A DNA stretch of 32,000 bases from Candidatus Lokiarchaeum ossiferum (GTDB lineage Archaea > Asgardarchaeota > Lokiarchaeia > Sigyniarchaeales > Promethearchaeaceae). This document shows, piece after piece, positions 15,606 to 24,468 of this stretch; the stretch's first letter is position 1; every line of letters starts with the position of its first letter. The notes beneath the pieces were generated by a model, which had not been told where the DNA came from, ran no database searches, and was given only the letters and a program-made list of their open reading frames with translations. The position numbers and the translations under genes were made by a program. Location of the stretch: positions 3,750,001-3,782,000 of the forward strand of contig CP104013.1 in the NCBI GenBank assembly GCA_025839675.1. The letters run 5' to 3'.

Positions 15606-18089
15606 ATGAAACCGATTCATTATAATTTAAGTTTAGAACCCGATTTGACCGCCTTTACATTCAAAGGTAAATCTCAAGTTGAGATTGATCTCGAGGTTCC
15701 TGCATCCACTGTGTGCATTCATGGAAAAGATCTCGAAATTCAAGTGTGTAATTTACGAAAAGAAAATGCTACTTCTCCCGTCTCCCGTTGTGACTTTGAT
15801 TTTGATCAAAAAAAACAAGAAATCATCGTAAAATTACCTTCTGAAGTGTCCGGGAAGATTTGGCTAGATTTTGAATTCACAGGTATATTAAATGATATGC
15901 TTGCAGGTTTCTATCGAAGTCGTTACATTGTGGATGGGGAAACGCGGTATATGGCCACCACTCAATTTGAAGAACGAGACGCGCGTGCTGCTTTTCCCTG
16001 TTTTGATGAACCTGCTTTGAAAGCTACTTTTGATCTGGAATTTATTGTGGATTCTCATTTACAAGGGATCGCTAATACTGCAATTAAGGAAGAAAAAGCC
16101 CTTGAATCAGGAAAAAAATCTATCAAATTTAATAGAACTCCTCGAATGAGTACCTACTTGTTATACTTTGGAATTGGGGAATTTGAATTTTTAGTAGATG
16201 ATACGAAATCTCCTATCCTTCGTATTGCTGCCCCTCCTGGAAAAGCACAATTTGGGAAATTTGCTTTGGATATTGCTCGAAAATCATTTGACTATGGTGA
16301 AACAGTTTTAAAAGCCCCTTATCCGATAAGTAAGTGTGATTTTCTTGTAGTGACCGATTTTGCTGCAGGGGCGATGGAAAATTACGGAGCAATCACCTTT
16401 CGGGAAAACTTACTTCTTACTTATGAAGGAAAAAGTTCTAAACTCGACTATATTCGAATAGCTCAAGTTGTAGCCCATGAAATTGCTCATATGTGGTTTG
16501 GGGACTTAGTGAGTCCGTTAAAGTGGAAATATATCTGGTTAAATGAATCTTTTGCCACATATTTCACTTATGCCATTCCGGATTATTTTTTCCCAGAATG
16601 GAAATCTTGGGAAACTTTAGTTGGTGATCGCGGTTTAGGAGGCATGAATCGGGACTCACTTATTTATACTATTCCCGTTGAACTTCCAGGGGATGACGAA
16701 GTTAATATTGATGCTTCTACTGCCCCGATAATTTACGCTAAAGGGGCTATCATAATTCGAATTCTCGAAGAATTTTTAGGTCAAGAGAAATTTTTCGAGG
16801 GAATTCGCCATTTCTTGAAAAAGTATCAATATGACTCCGCTTCGAGTGAACAATGTTGGGAAGCTTTTGAAGAAGCCACCGGAGAACCCATTATTGATTT
16901 CGCACATTCATGGGTAAATCAACCTGGCTTTCCTTGTATCGAAGTAAGTCAAGAAGGGGCAAAAGTCACTTTAACTCAATCACGATTCACTTATCTTGAA
17001 AACCAATCTTCAAATTTATGGGTAATTCCGGTTCATTTGAATCTGTATATGAAAGATGGTTCCAATCAAACTATGGCTGTCGTACTTAAACAAAAATCGA
17101 TTTCATTCGATTTACCTGCAGATACGCTCTGTTTTAAATTGAATAAGGATCAAGTTGGCTTTTATCGAGTTAAATATTCGTTGGAACATTTGGATTGCTT
17201 GGGAAATATGATTCAGAAGAAAGTTCTTTGTACTCTTGATCGTTTCGGAGTTCAAAATGATTTTTATGCTTTAACTTATCGTGGTGATTACCAAATAAAG
17301 GATTATATTACCTTTATTCAGAAATATTTTTCAGAAGATGATTCTGATCTCGCTTTGGTCAATATTATAGAAAATATCGGGCGATTAATGCTGATTTCTC
17401 CGAAAAATCGAACCTTTATTTCCGAAATTTCTAAATTATTTGCTGAATCCGTGCTAAAAAGGATAGGTTTAGATCCCCAAGAAGATGAAACGATGTTGCG
17501 AGCGGTTGTTCGTAGTGACTATTTGCACATTGCAGCAGAATGTGGGTCTCAAGTGGCTAAGGACTATGCTTTCAAACAGTTTGAGTTGTTACGCGAAGAC
17601 AAAGATGTGCCTGCAGATAATTTAGGGTCTATTTTGCGAATTATTGCTGCTAACAAACCAGAAACTTGGCAATATATGGTGGATCAAAGTTTAAACCCTG
17701 ATCTTCCAGAAGGGAAAAAGGTCCTCTTTTTAACTGCCTTAGGTGCTTATAAAACTAAGGAATTATTAGATAAATCCTTAGAATTTAACATAACTGATGT
17801 TCCAAAGCGAAATAGGGTGTACATCATAGCAAATGTGGCTCGAAATCCGGAAGCTACCAAATGGATTTGGGGGTATTATCAAGCCAATTTTCAAACCTTT
17901 ATGAAAGAATTCCCTATTTCCGTTCTGGGGAATACGCTTGCCATAGTTCCACCGATTGGAGGGATGTATCATGAAGAAGAGGTTTTGAAATTTCTGGAAA
18001 TGGTGCAAAATATGGATCCTCGGGGGAAAGGAACCGCCAAAATGGCGGCCGAAATGGCTCAATTGTATTCCAATATTAGTAAACGATAG
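15606..18089 (+). CDS. M1-family zinc aminopeptidase (tricorn-interacting factor F2/F3-like)
   Basis: GAMENYG exopeptidase motif and HEIAHMWFGD-x-WLNESFA (HExxH-x18-E). It has a long helical ERAP1-like C-terminal domain and is 827 aa. Confidence 0.9.
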   Translation: MKPIHYNLSLEPDLTAFTFKGKSQVEIDLEVPASTVCIHGKDLEIQVCNLRKENATSPVSRCDFDFDQKKQEIIVKLPSEVSGKIWLDFEFTGILNDMLAGFYRSRYIVDGETRYMATTQFEERDARAAFPCFDEPALKATFDLEFIVDSHLQGIANTAIKEEKALESGKKSIKFNRTPRMSTYLLYFGIGEFEFLVDDTKSPILRIAAPPGKAQFGKFALDIARKSFDYGETVLKAPYPISKCDFLVVTDFAAGAMENYGAITFRENLLLTYEGKSSKLDYIRIAQVVAHEIAHMWFGDLVSPLKWKYIWLNESFATYFTYAIPDYFFPEWKSWETLVGDRGLGGMNRDSLIYTIPVELPGDDEVNIDASTAPIIYAKGAIIIRILEEFLGQEKFFEGIRHFLKKYQYDSASSEQCWEAFEEATGEPIIDFAHSWVNQPGFPCIEVSQEGAKVTLTQSRFTYLENQSSNLWVIPVHLNLYMKDGSNQTMAVVLKQKSISFDLPADTLCFKLNKDQVGFYRVKYSLEHLDCLGNMIQKKVLCTLDRFGVQNDFYALTYRGDYQIKDYITFIQKYFSEDDSDLALVNIIENIGRLMLISPKNRTFISEISKLFAESVLKRIGLDPQEDETMLRAVVRSDYLHIAAECGSQVAKDYAFKQFELLREDKDVPADNLGSILRIIAANKPETWQYMVDQSLNPDLPEGKKVLFLTALGAYKTKELLDKSLEFNITDVPKRNRVYIIANVARNPEATKWIWGYYQANFQTFMKEFPISVLGNTLAIVPPIGGMYHEEEVLKFLEMVQNMDPRGKGTAKMAAEMAQLYSNISKR

Positions 18090-18104
18090 TAACTATATTC
18101 AAAG

Positions 18105-18115
18105 TTTTTTTTTTT
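18105..18115 (+). terminator. Oligo-T tract (T11) after the M1 peptidase gene
   Basis: A T11 run lies 15 nt after TAG 18087..18089, in a convergent intergenic region. Confidence 0.4.
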
Positions 18116-18250
18116 ATATTTTCCTCGTTCTAATTTAAGGAATCAGTAAAACCATCCGAGGTTGCATTCAATAAAATAAAAAAGAGATTTTGCATTACAA
18201 ATTTTAATTTCTTTTGATTCTTTTTTCCTCAATGAATCATTCATATAGGA

Positions 18251-19468
18251 CTATTCAATTGTAATCCATTTATCCTGGGGAGGAATTAAAAACCGACAGC
18301 CATCTTTGGTCACTACAATCATTTCTTCCAGTGAAACCTGCCCATAATGCTTGGTGCGCACTTCTAATTCGAGAGTAAACACATTATTCTCCTCGACGGG
18401 AAGATCGGTCTTTCCTTTGTAGATCTCCCATCGGGCTCCCAGATTCACGCCTCCATCATGAGCTTGTTTTCCGACTTGATGTCCTAAGGAGTGCATATAT
18501 TCTTCATAGCCCCGTTCAATAACATAATCGCGGGCTGCTTTATCCACTTTATATGCTTGAATTCCAGGTTTAATCACCTTGGATGCTCGAAGAATTGCTT
18601 CTTTAACTGTGTCGAATGCATGGTGGAGTTCATCTGGGATTTCGTCGTACTTGCCAAAATACCACATTCGTTGAATGTCTGAACAATATCCTTTCAAACG
18701 CACTCCAAAATCGTTATGTAAGGTATGTCCTTTTTGAATGACTAAATCTTTTCGTGGAAAATCATGTCCTAATTCCTTATCGGGTCCAGCATCCACTGAA
18801 GGACAGCCTTGTTTTTGCCATGCGGCTCCAACTCCATGGGCATCCATTTCCTCAAAGAATTTTTCTTGTACTTCAAATTCAGACATACCTACTTGAAATT
18901 TCTTCGCCATACTTTGATTGATTACTTCCGTTAATTCACACGCTTTGGTAATCAACTCTACTTCGGTAACAGTTTTCCTACCTCTTAGAGCGTTGATAAT
19001 TTTAGTAGAACTACAAAATTTGTCTGTATAATCTGCCAGTATATCTTGTAAAATTAACCACATTCCATAAGAAAGACCATCGGCTGTGACATCCGTTTTT
19101 GAATAATTGAGGGCAATCTTTTTGGGTTTCAGTTTTTTCATTAAGTTTTGAAGAGGTTCAGCAAGTCCTTTCTTACATCCAATAACTTCATCCCAAAGTC
19201 CTTTACCCCGGGTGGCATTTTCATCAAAATATGCCACAATCGCTGTTTTTGTTAGAACTCCATCCTTTAGGGAAAAAACAAAAGCTGATTGTCCTACTAC
19301 ATCTCCTCCTACTACCAATTCCATCGCTGGATCTGGCGTAGAAGCTGTTTCGCGCACAAAAATCATCCAACAATCAATATCCACTTCTTTTAATATTGGA
19401 ATTAATTGAGCATGCTTTTCATTAATAATCGAATTTAGTAATTCTGGATTCGGATATTCTTGACTCAT
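18251..19468 (-). CDS. M24-family metallopeptidase (Xaa-Pro aminopeptidase/creatinase-like)
   Basis: A creatinase-like N-domain precedes a pita-bread domain. Candidate metal-ligand contexts are CSDIQRMWYFG, HSLGHQVG and FTLELEV. Confidence 0.85.
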   Translation of the reverse strand: MSQEYPNPELLNSIINEKHAQLIPILKEVDIDCWMIFVRETASTPDPAMELVVGGDVVGQSAFVFSLKDGVLTKTAIVAYFDENATRGKGLWDEVIGCKKGLAEPLQNLMKKLKPKKIALNYSKTDVTADGLSYGMWLILQDILADYTDKFCSSTKIINALRGRKTVTEVELITKACELTEVINQSMAKKFQVGMSEFEVQEKFFEEMDAHGVGAAWQKQGCPSVDAGPDKELGHDFPRKDLVIQKGHTLHNDFGVRLKGYCSDIQRMWYFGKYDEIPDELHHAFDTVKEAILRASKVIKPGIQAYKVDKAARDYVIERGYEEYMHSLGHQVGKQAHDGGVNLGARWEIYKGKTDLPVEENNVFTLELEVRTKHYGQVSLEEMIVVTKDGCRFLIPPQDKWITIE

Positions 19469-19540
19469 AGTATTTACAATAATAGAAGGGGAGTAGAAAA
19501 AAATTTGGAATAATGATGATTTATTTTGTAGATATACAAC

Positions 19541-20059
19541 TTATTCTTGAATCCCATGTTTTAACATGACTATTGTGTCCATCACTCGACTCCAACTGTA
19601 TGTACTATCCTCAATTGGGGGGTTTTCCAAAGCAAAGCGAATATAGGCCATTTGTGCAAAATGATGCACTGCATGCATCGAGGTTCGCCAGATCATCCAC
19701 CCTAAAGTGCCCATCTGTATTGTTTGTTCCTTATCCAACACATGGGGGATAATTTCCAACTGCTCTCCCTCAGATTTCTCGATGGTTTTCAATAAATATT
19801 CTTCCATCTTGTCATATCCTTCAATAATTATGTCCATGGGATTATCCGGTCCGATGTATTCCAAGTTTTCATGCCCTTGCTTTAACAACCAAAATATCTC
19901 AGCATTTATGATGTGCAGGAAATATGACTTAATTGACCTTCCCTTGGTATTTGGAGGTGTCCAAGTTTGTTCTTCTTCCTTTAAATCCACAATCATACGG
20001 TGTCCATAACCGCGCACTAGTTTTACCAGCTCAATTAGCTCATTTTTAGAAGTTTTCAT
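19541..20059 (-). CDS. DinB/YfiT-like four-helix-bundle protein
   Basis: FLHIINAEIFW and SMHAVHHFAQMAY provide the His-rich pattern typical of DinB_2. Start ambiguity: ATG 20086 adds MVCLLISIT and leaves only 26 nt to the divergent gene. ATG 20059 is preferred. Confidence 0.65.
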   Translation of the reverse strand: MKTSKNELIELVKLVRGYGHRMIVDLKEEEQTWTPPNTKGRSIKSYFLHIINAEIFWLLKQGHENLEYIGPDNPMDIIIEGYDKMEEYLLKTIEKSEGEQLEIIPHVLDKEQTIQMGTLGWMIWRTSMHAVHHFAQMAYIRFALENPPIEDSTYSWSRVMDTIVMLKHGIQE

Positions 20060-20112
20060 TGTGATTGAAATAAGTAGACAAACCATAAAAATTCGTATTT
20101 ATTGATAGCTAT

Positions 20113-20718
20113 ATGAAAATTTATTTTGTGCGCCATGGACAATCTTATGTTAATATAACACGTGAGTTTTCCTATAAGCTGGTAGATAAGCCTTTGACTT
20201 CTAAAGGAATTAAGCAGGCTAAGGAAGTCGCTCAAACATTAGCAAATTTACAAATTGACTTTATTTATTCTTCTCCCATGAAAAGGGCATTGGAAACGGC
20301 CCATTGGATTGGAACTAAGACTAAAAACCAAATTGAGTCTATTGAAGATTTTCGAGAATTAAATGTTGGTGATTTGGAAAGACATCCTCCGTCCGATGAA
20401 AGTTGGGAGCAATTTTTTGAAGTGTGGCATGCTTGGGATAGTGGAAATCATGAAAAATCATTTCCCGAAGGCGAAAACTACAATACTCTTCTTGAACGAA
20501 TGAAAAATGGTTTAAAATTGGTTCTTCAATCATCTTATCATACCGTTGTTATTGTGGGTCATGGGGGAATATTTTGCCAGTGTTTACCCGCTCTTCTAAC
20601 TAATTTAACTCGAGAAGATTTAAAACATAAAGATTGGCCAAATACTGGAATTATTGAAGCAAAGCTTGACCTAGTAAATAATAATGTACAAGGATCACTT
20701 ATATCAATGAATTTCTAA
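20113..20718 (+). CDS. Histidine phosphatase superfamily (phosphoglycerate mutase-like) protein
   Basis: IYFVRHGQS (RHG catalytic motif), SSPMKRALETA and VVIVGHGG (distal His). Confidence 0.85.
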   Translation: MKIYFVRHGQSYVNITREFSYKLVDKPLTSKGIKQAKEVAQTLANLQIDFIYSSPMKRALETAHWIGTKTKNQIESIEDFRELNVGDLERHPPSDESWEQFFEVWHAWDSGNHEKSFPEGENYNTLLERMKNGLKLVLQSSYHTVVIVGHGGIFCQCLPALLTNLTREDLKHKDWPNTGIIEAKLDLVNNNVQGSLISMNF

Positions 20719-20805
20719 TCCACTTTTATTATTTCTCTTCCATTACTGTCAAAATCATCGAATGAAGTGAAATGATTTAATTACTCAATCAACCTTATTA
20801 TTTTC

Positions 20806-21342
20806 ATGCGAAAATTCGGAAAGTTAAAGGTATTACTTACAGTATTTCTGTGTCTTACTGCTATTTTTGGACCCATGCTTTTTGCAGCTGCTGCTGAAGA
20901 AAGTTTCACGTTGTCGACCGGGGAACATAAAACCATTGCTCTCGGTGAATTAAATACGAAGCATATAATTTCTGTTTCATTTGTTTCTGATAACAAAGTT
21001 CACATATTTCTCATAGAAAATCGGGAAATTGCAGACTTTTTAGCAGATAAATCCAGTATGAAGGAAGAAACCGATAGTGGGACCACTGGGGGATTTGAAG
21101 ATCATAAGATAGAGTATAATTCTGATTATAGTCTTATTATTAGAAATTATGACACACTTTCGGCATCTGGCTCAATTACATATGAAATTTCTGGAGGAAC
21201 TGATTTTACTATTATTGGGATCATCGTAATTGTAGTTTCTGCTTTAGGGACCATAGTTGCAATAGGTATTCGGGCTAGTCGTGGAGAAAAAGTTAAGTTT
21301 AACAAGGATCACAAAGGAAACACCCGAGTTACCTTTGAATAA
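20806..21342 (+). CDS. Secreted, C-terminally membrane-anchored hypothetical protein
   Basis: N-terminal signal-like segment KLKVLLTVFLCLTAIFGPMLFAAAA, then a beta-rich-looking ectodomain. One C-terminal TM helix (FTIIGIIVIVVSALGTIVAIGI) is followed by a short basic tail. Confidence 0.6.
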   Translation: MRKFGKLKVLLTVFLCLTAIFGPMLFAAAAEESFTLSTGEHKTIALGELNTKHIISVSFVSDNKVHIFLIENREIADFLADKSSMKEETDSGTTGGFEDHKIEYNSDYSLIIRNYDTLSASGSITYEISGGTDFTIIGIIVIVVSALGTIVAIGIRASRGEKVKFNKDHKGNTRVTFE

Positions 21343-21344
21343 TC

Positions 21345-21372
21345 AAAAAAAAATTTTTTGTTTTTTTTTTTT
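21345..21372. terminator. Bidirectional A9-T6-G-T12 element between convergent genes
   Basis: The element begins 3 nt after TAA 21340..21342 (+ gene) and ends 16 nt before the TGA at 21388..21390 (- gene). It gives an oligo-T tract on either strand, and the A/T runs can pair as a hairpin. Confidence 0.4.
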
Positions 21373-21387
21373 GTATAGAAACTAATT

Positions 21388-22140
21388 TCATTTTTTTGGC
21401 TTGGTTATCAGGAAAATTAAAAGCAGTAACAATGAGAGAAATATCCAAAATCCTGCACATCCATAAAGGAAAATTAGGAGATATTCGTTGTAAAAACTGG
21501 TTCCAAGCAAAAAGAGACTTAATGCTCCCACAAATATGAGATAACCAAAAAAAATCATCATCAATTTCATGCCCAGAGAGATCGATTTTGAAAAAGATTT
21601 TATCTTTCCGCTAAGATTTCCTGAGGAAAACAAGGTTTTAATCCGTATATTATCTTTGTAAAATGCTTTTAACCAGACAAAATAAGCCATGATTCCAGCG
21701 CCTAAGAGACTGAAAAAGGCTTCCGTGAATCGGAAAGGATCTTCAGTTCCAATTGTTAGATTCAAAAGATATTTTATCGAAATAATCATAATATTCATCC
21801 AAAATAGATATAAAGTGATTGAAATGATTCCAATAACGAATTTAAATGCACTTTTCAAATTTCCTTCTTGGGCGGAGTCACCTAATTTCTGATTTACTCG
21901 ATGCATCAGTGAAAAATGTCTCCGAAGAAGTGGTAATTGCTTTAAAATCTTCATTTTATCATCCGGTATATCTACGGCTACTGCTAAAAATCCAAAGAGG
22001 AAGAAAATTGAGTAGGAAATGAATGCAGGAATTTCAAAAAATAAACCGATAATATATCCTATTCCCAAAAAAAAACCGTAAGTAATGATTGAAATAAGGA
22101 TTGAGTAAAATGGCTTTCGTTTTTCCTTTTTTTTTTCCAT
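21388..22140 (-). CDS. Polytopic membrane protein, unknown family
   Basis: 250 aa with about six hydrophobic helices and a Lys-rich N-terminus (MEKKKEKRK). It begins 9 nt after the upstream gene, which suggests an operon. Confidence 0.6.
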   Translation of the reverse strand: MEKKKEKRKPFYSILISIITYGFFLGIGYIIGLFFEIPAFISYSIFFLFGFLAVAVDIPDDKMKILKQLPLLRRHFSLMHRVNQKLGDSAQEGNLKSAFKFVIGIISITLYLFWMNIMIISIKYLLNLTIGTEDPFRFTEAFFSLLGAGIMAYFVWLKAFYKDNIRIKTLFSSGNLSGKIKSFSKSISLGMKLMMIFFGYLIFVGALSLFLLGTSFYNEYLLIFLYGCAGFWIFLSLLLLLIFLITKPKK

Positions 22141-22149
22141 TTTTCTTTC

Positions 22150-23478
22150 CTACTTTGACTTTTTCTTCTTATCTTTCTTTTTTTTGAACATTTTTGGCCA
22201 ATATAATTTCCCTATTAAGAATACTAATAGGGCTCCAAAACAACCTGCAAAGATTGATTTTACCGTGGTTAATAAAGATTCATTATTGGTAATAATAAAA
22301 TCTAGGATTTCAAATACAATACTCGCTCCAAGAATTAAATTGACCATGTTGAGTATTTTTTCTTGCCGTTTGTTCCCTTCTTCTTGTTTATCTAAAAAGA
22401 TTGAGTTGAGTTCTTCAGTATTACTCTCCAACTTGTCGGAAATCATTTGCCAATTCTTTTCAATATCATTAATTTCGACACAGTGTTTTAATAAAGTATG
22501 GTAATGTTGTCGATGGCTACGTGAAAGATCTGTAAAGAAAGGTGCAAGAGTTTTTTGAAGGATCATTTTCAACCGGTTTGTTTTATCTAAATCATCTTTA
22601 ATAAGGGCGGGTTTTTTGTCTGTGAATTCTTTCGTAGTGAGCTGTTGTGTATCTTGATCAATTTCAGCATTCACTAAGACCATCGCAAATCCTATTGTTC
22701 TGATCTGAATTACAGTTTTGATCACCGTATTATACATATAACCTGTAGAATCTGGAGTGTGTTCATCTTTAATGAAATATTTTGGATAATTTTCTTCATT
22801 CATAAAGACTAAGCCCGAATTTCGATTGATAAAATGCATCTCTGAAGTTCTATTACTTAAATTGAATTCCACTCTTCGGGCATACAATTCATCATGATAA
22901 TCGGGAAATTGGCCTGAATAGAGTTCCACCCATTTTCCAATTTCTTGTTTGTTTTGATCAATTGTTTTTTTAGTCCACTCTATTGTAGAGTCCGAGGTTG
23001 TGTTTGAAACAACATTGATTGCATAGGGGACTGTGTGTTCATCAAACAAGAATTTCTTTTCAAAAGCTTTAACTAAGTCATACCATATAAGGAACACAAT
23101 TTGTTGCATCAAATCAGGGCGTAATTCTTCTTTTCGACAATTCTCTACATTATTTTCCTTTAATTGAATCCGCAATAGCAAATAACCCAATTTCTTAAAA
23201 ATTAAATCTTCCCTCTGATATTGAAAATCCTCAATATAATTATTCCATTTTACGGTAATATCTAATGAATGTGCTATTTTTACAATATTTTCCCGAGTCT
23301 GAATCTCTGGAACAAACTTTTGATTAATCATTTCCAGTGATATACTTTGACATCTTTGATTTACATGCTTTTCAATCTTAAGGATCTCGTCATCCAATTC
23401 CTTCCCTTCTAAAGAAGTGAGGGTGGAAATTCCAAGCCATTCTTCATGGAAAATAAGCTTTAATGTTGAATCACTCAT
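22150..23478 (-). CDS. Hypothetical protein with CorA-like topology: large soluble N-domain, long helix, two C-terminal TM helices, poly-Lys tail
   Basis: The C-terminus reads NKRQEKILNMVNLILGASIVFEILDFI, a short loop, FAGCFGALLVFLIGKLYW, then KMFKKKKDKKKKSK. No GMN motif is present. The track start at 23484 is TTG. ATG at 23476..23478 (MSDSTLK) is preferred. Confidence 0.6.
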   Translation of the reverse strand: MSDSTLKLIFHEEWLGISTLTSLEGKELDDEILKIEKHVNQRCQSISLEMINQKFVPEIQTRENIVKIAHSLDITVKWNNYIEDFQYQREDLIFKKLGYLLLRIQLKENNVENCRKEELRPDLMQQIVFLIWYDLVKAFEKKFLFDEHTVPYAINVVSNTTSDSTIEWTKKTIDQNKQEIGKWVELYSGQFPDYHDELYARRVEFNLSNRTSEMHFINRNSGLVFMNEENYPKYFIKDEHTPDSTGYMYNTVIKTVIQIRTIGFAMVLVNAEIDQDTQQLTTKEFTDKKPALIKDDLDKTNRLKMILQKTLAPFFTDLSRSHRQHYHTLLKHCVEINDIEKNWQMISDKLESNTEELNSIFLDKQEEGNKRQEKILNMVNLILGASIVFEILDFIITNNESLLTTVKSIFAGCFGALLVFLIGKLYWPKMFKKKKDKKKKSK

Positions 23479-23521
23479 AGACAAAGTATTGGCAATTTGA
23501 GTAATAAGTTTTTAGGTGAAC

Positions 23522-24400
23522 CTATTTGAATCTGGTGACTTCTCGCACTATCTCTCGGGAAGCATGATAAGGTTGAGGAATGGCTTTTTTGGGAAGAATT
23601 AATTTGCTTATTTGAATGTTTTCTCTTAATATTAACTGATTATATGCATAATACAAGAGAAATTCTAAATTAATGACATCATCGTTATTGTAGGCAAGTA
23701 GCGTCTCCAAATAACGTAAATCTTGTGTTTTTCGATATTTTCGCCATAAAATAACTGCTGTATATCCATCCACACCGTCCGTCTCTTCACGGACAAGACC
23801 CACTTTCTTTTCAATTTTCTTTAGTCCTCCTCGTAATCCAATCCTTCGGAGTAAAAAACACAGGTCAAAATGAACTTGGGGAAGTTTAATGCCCATTTCA
23901 GATTGAATAAAGGGAACATCAAACCCTTTTCCATAGAATGTTGCAATGGCTGGAAATTGAGCAATGAAAGCAGGAAAATCACCTAAGTTTTTATGTCGAA
24001 CAAAATCATGTACTTTCACACCATCATAGACTGCAATGGTCGTTATATGGCTTGAAGGAAAGGATAATCCCGTTGTTTCAATATCGAGATAGGCTATTTT
24101 CCCTAAGAAATTTGGGATAAGTTGCCAGTGAAAGTCCGAGGAAATAAATTGGTTTATTGATCTAATATCAAAATTTTGACATGCCTGTTGAAATTGGGGA
24201 ATAAGTCGTTTCATACGTTCCCAAATTGATCGTGAGATGGAAACTGGTTGGGGTTTTTGGAGCACATCTTGCCACGTATGAATTTTCGCCATTCGTAATT
24301 TCTGTTCCGTTTTAATACCTACCGAAGGAAAAATTTGGAAATTGTGCTCGATCATAGCTATATGTTGTATTTTTTCTAAGTTATTAAAAAAACTAGGCAA
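23522..24400 (-). CDS. RNase H-like (DEDD-type, YprB/COG3359-like) exonuclease-fold protein with an N-terminal HhH-like segment
   Basis: AYLDIETTGLS (Exo I), FYGKGFDVPF (Exo II) and AYNNDDVINL (Exo III-like). The N-terminal IFPSVGIKTEQKLRMAKIHTWQDV resembles a helix-hairpin-helix. The start is uncertain: TTG 24400 has GAGGAGAT about 17 nt upstream, and ATG 24355 is the alternative. Confidence 0.75.
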   Translation of the reverse strand: MPSFFNNLEKIQHIAMIEHNFQIFPSVGIKTEQKLRMAKIHTWQDVLQKPQPVSISRSIWERMKRLIPQFQQACQNFDIRSINQFISSDFHWQLIPNFLGKIAYLDIETTGLSFPSSHITTIAVYDGVKVHDFVRHKNLGDFPAFIAQFPAIATFYGKGFDVPFIQSEMGIKLPQVHFDLCFLLRRIGLRGGLKKIEKKVGLVREETDGVDGYTAVILWRKYRKTQDLRYLETLLAYNNDDVINLEFLLYYAYNQLILRENIQISKLILPKKAIPQPYHASREIVREVTRFK

Positions 24401-24468
24401 TTTTGATTTAGTAAAATCTCCTCAAACAAAAAAATTGTGAAAAAAAAAATAAAACAAATATGGTAAAT

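Noticed and set aside
20806-21342. Idea that the signal-peptide, beta-rich domain, TM helix and short-tail protein is a p24/GOLD-like cargo receptor
   Set aside because: Only the overall topology matches. There are no conserved GOLD-domain cysteines, no coiled coil before the TM helix and no recognisable tail motif. The claim cannot be supported from sequence alone.
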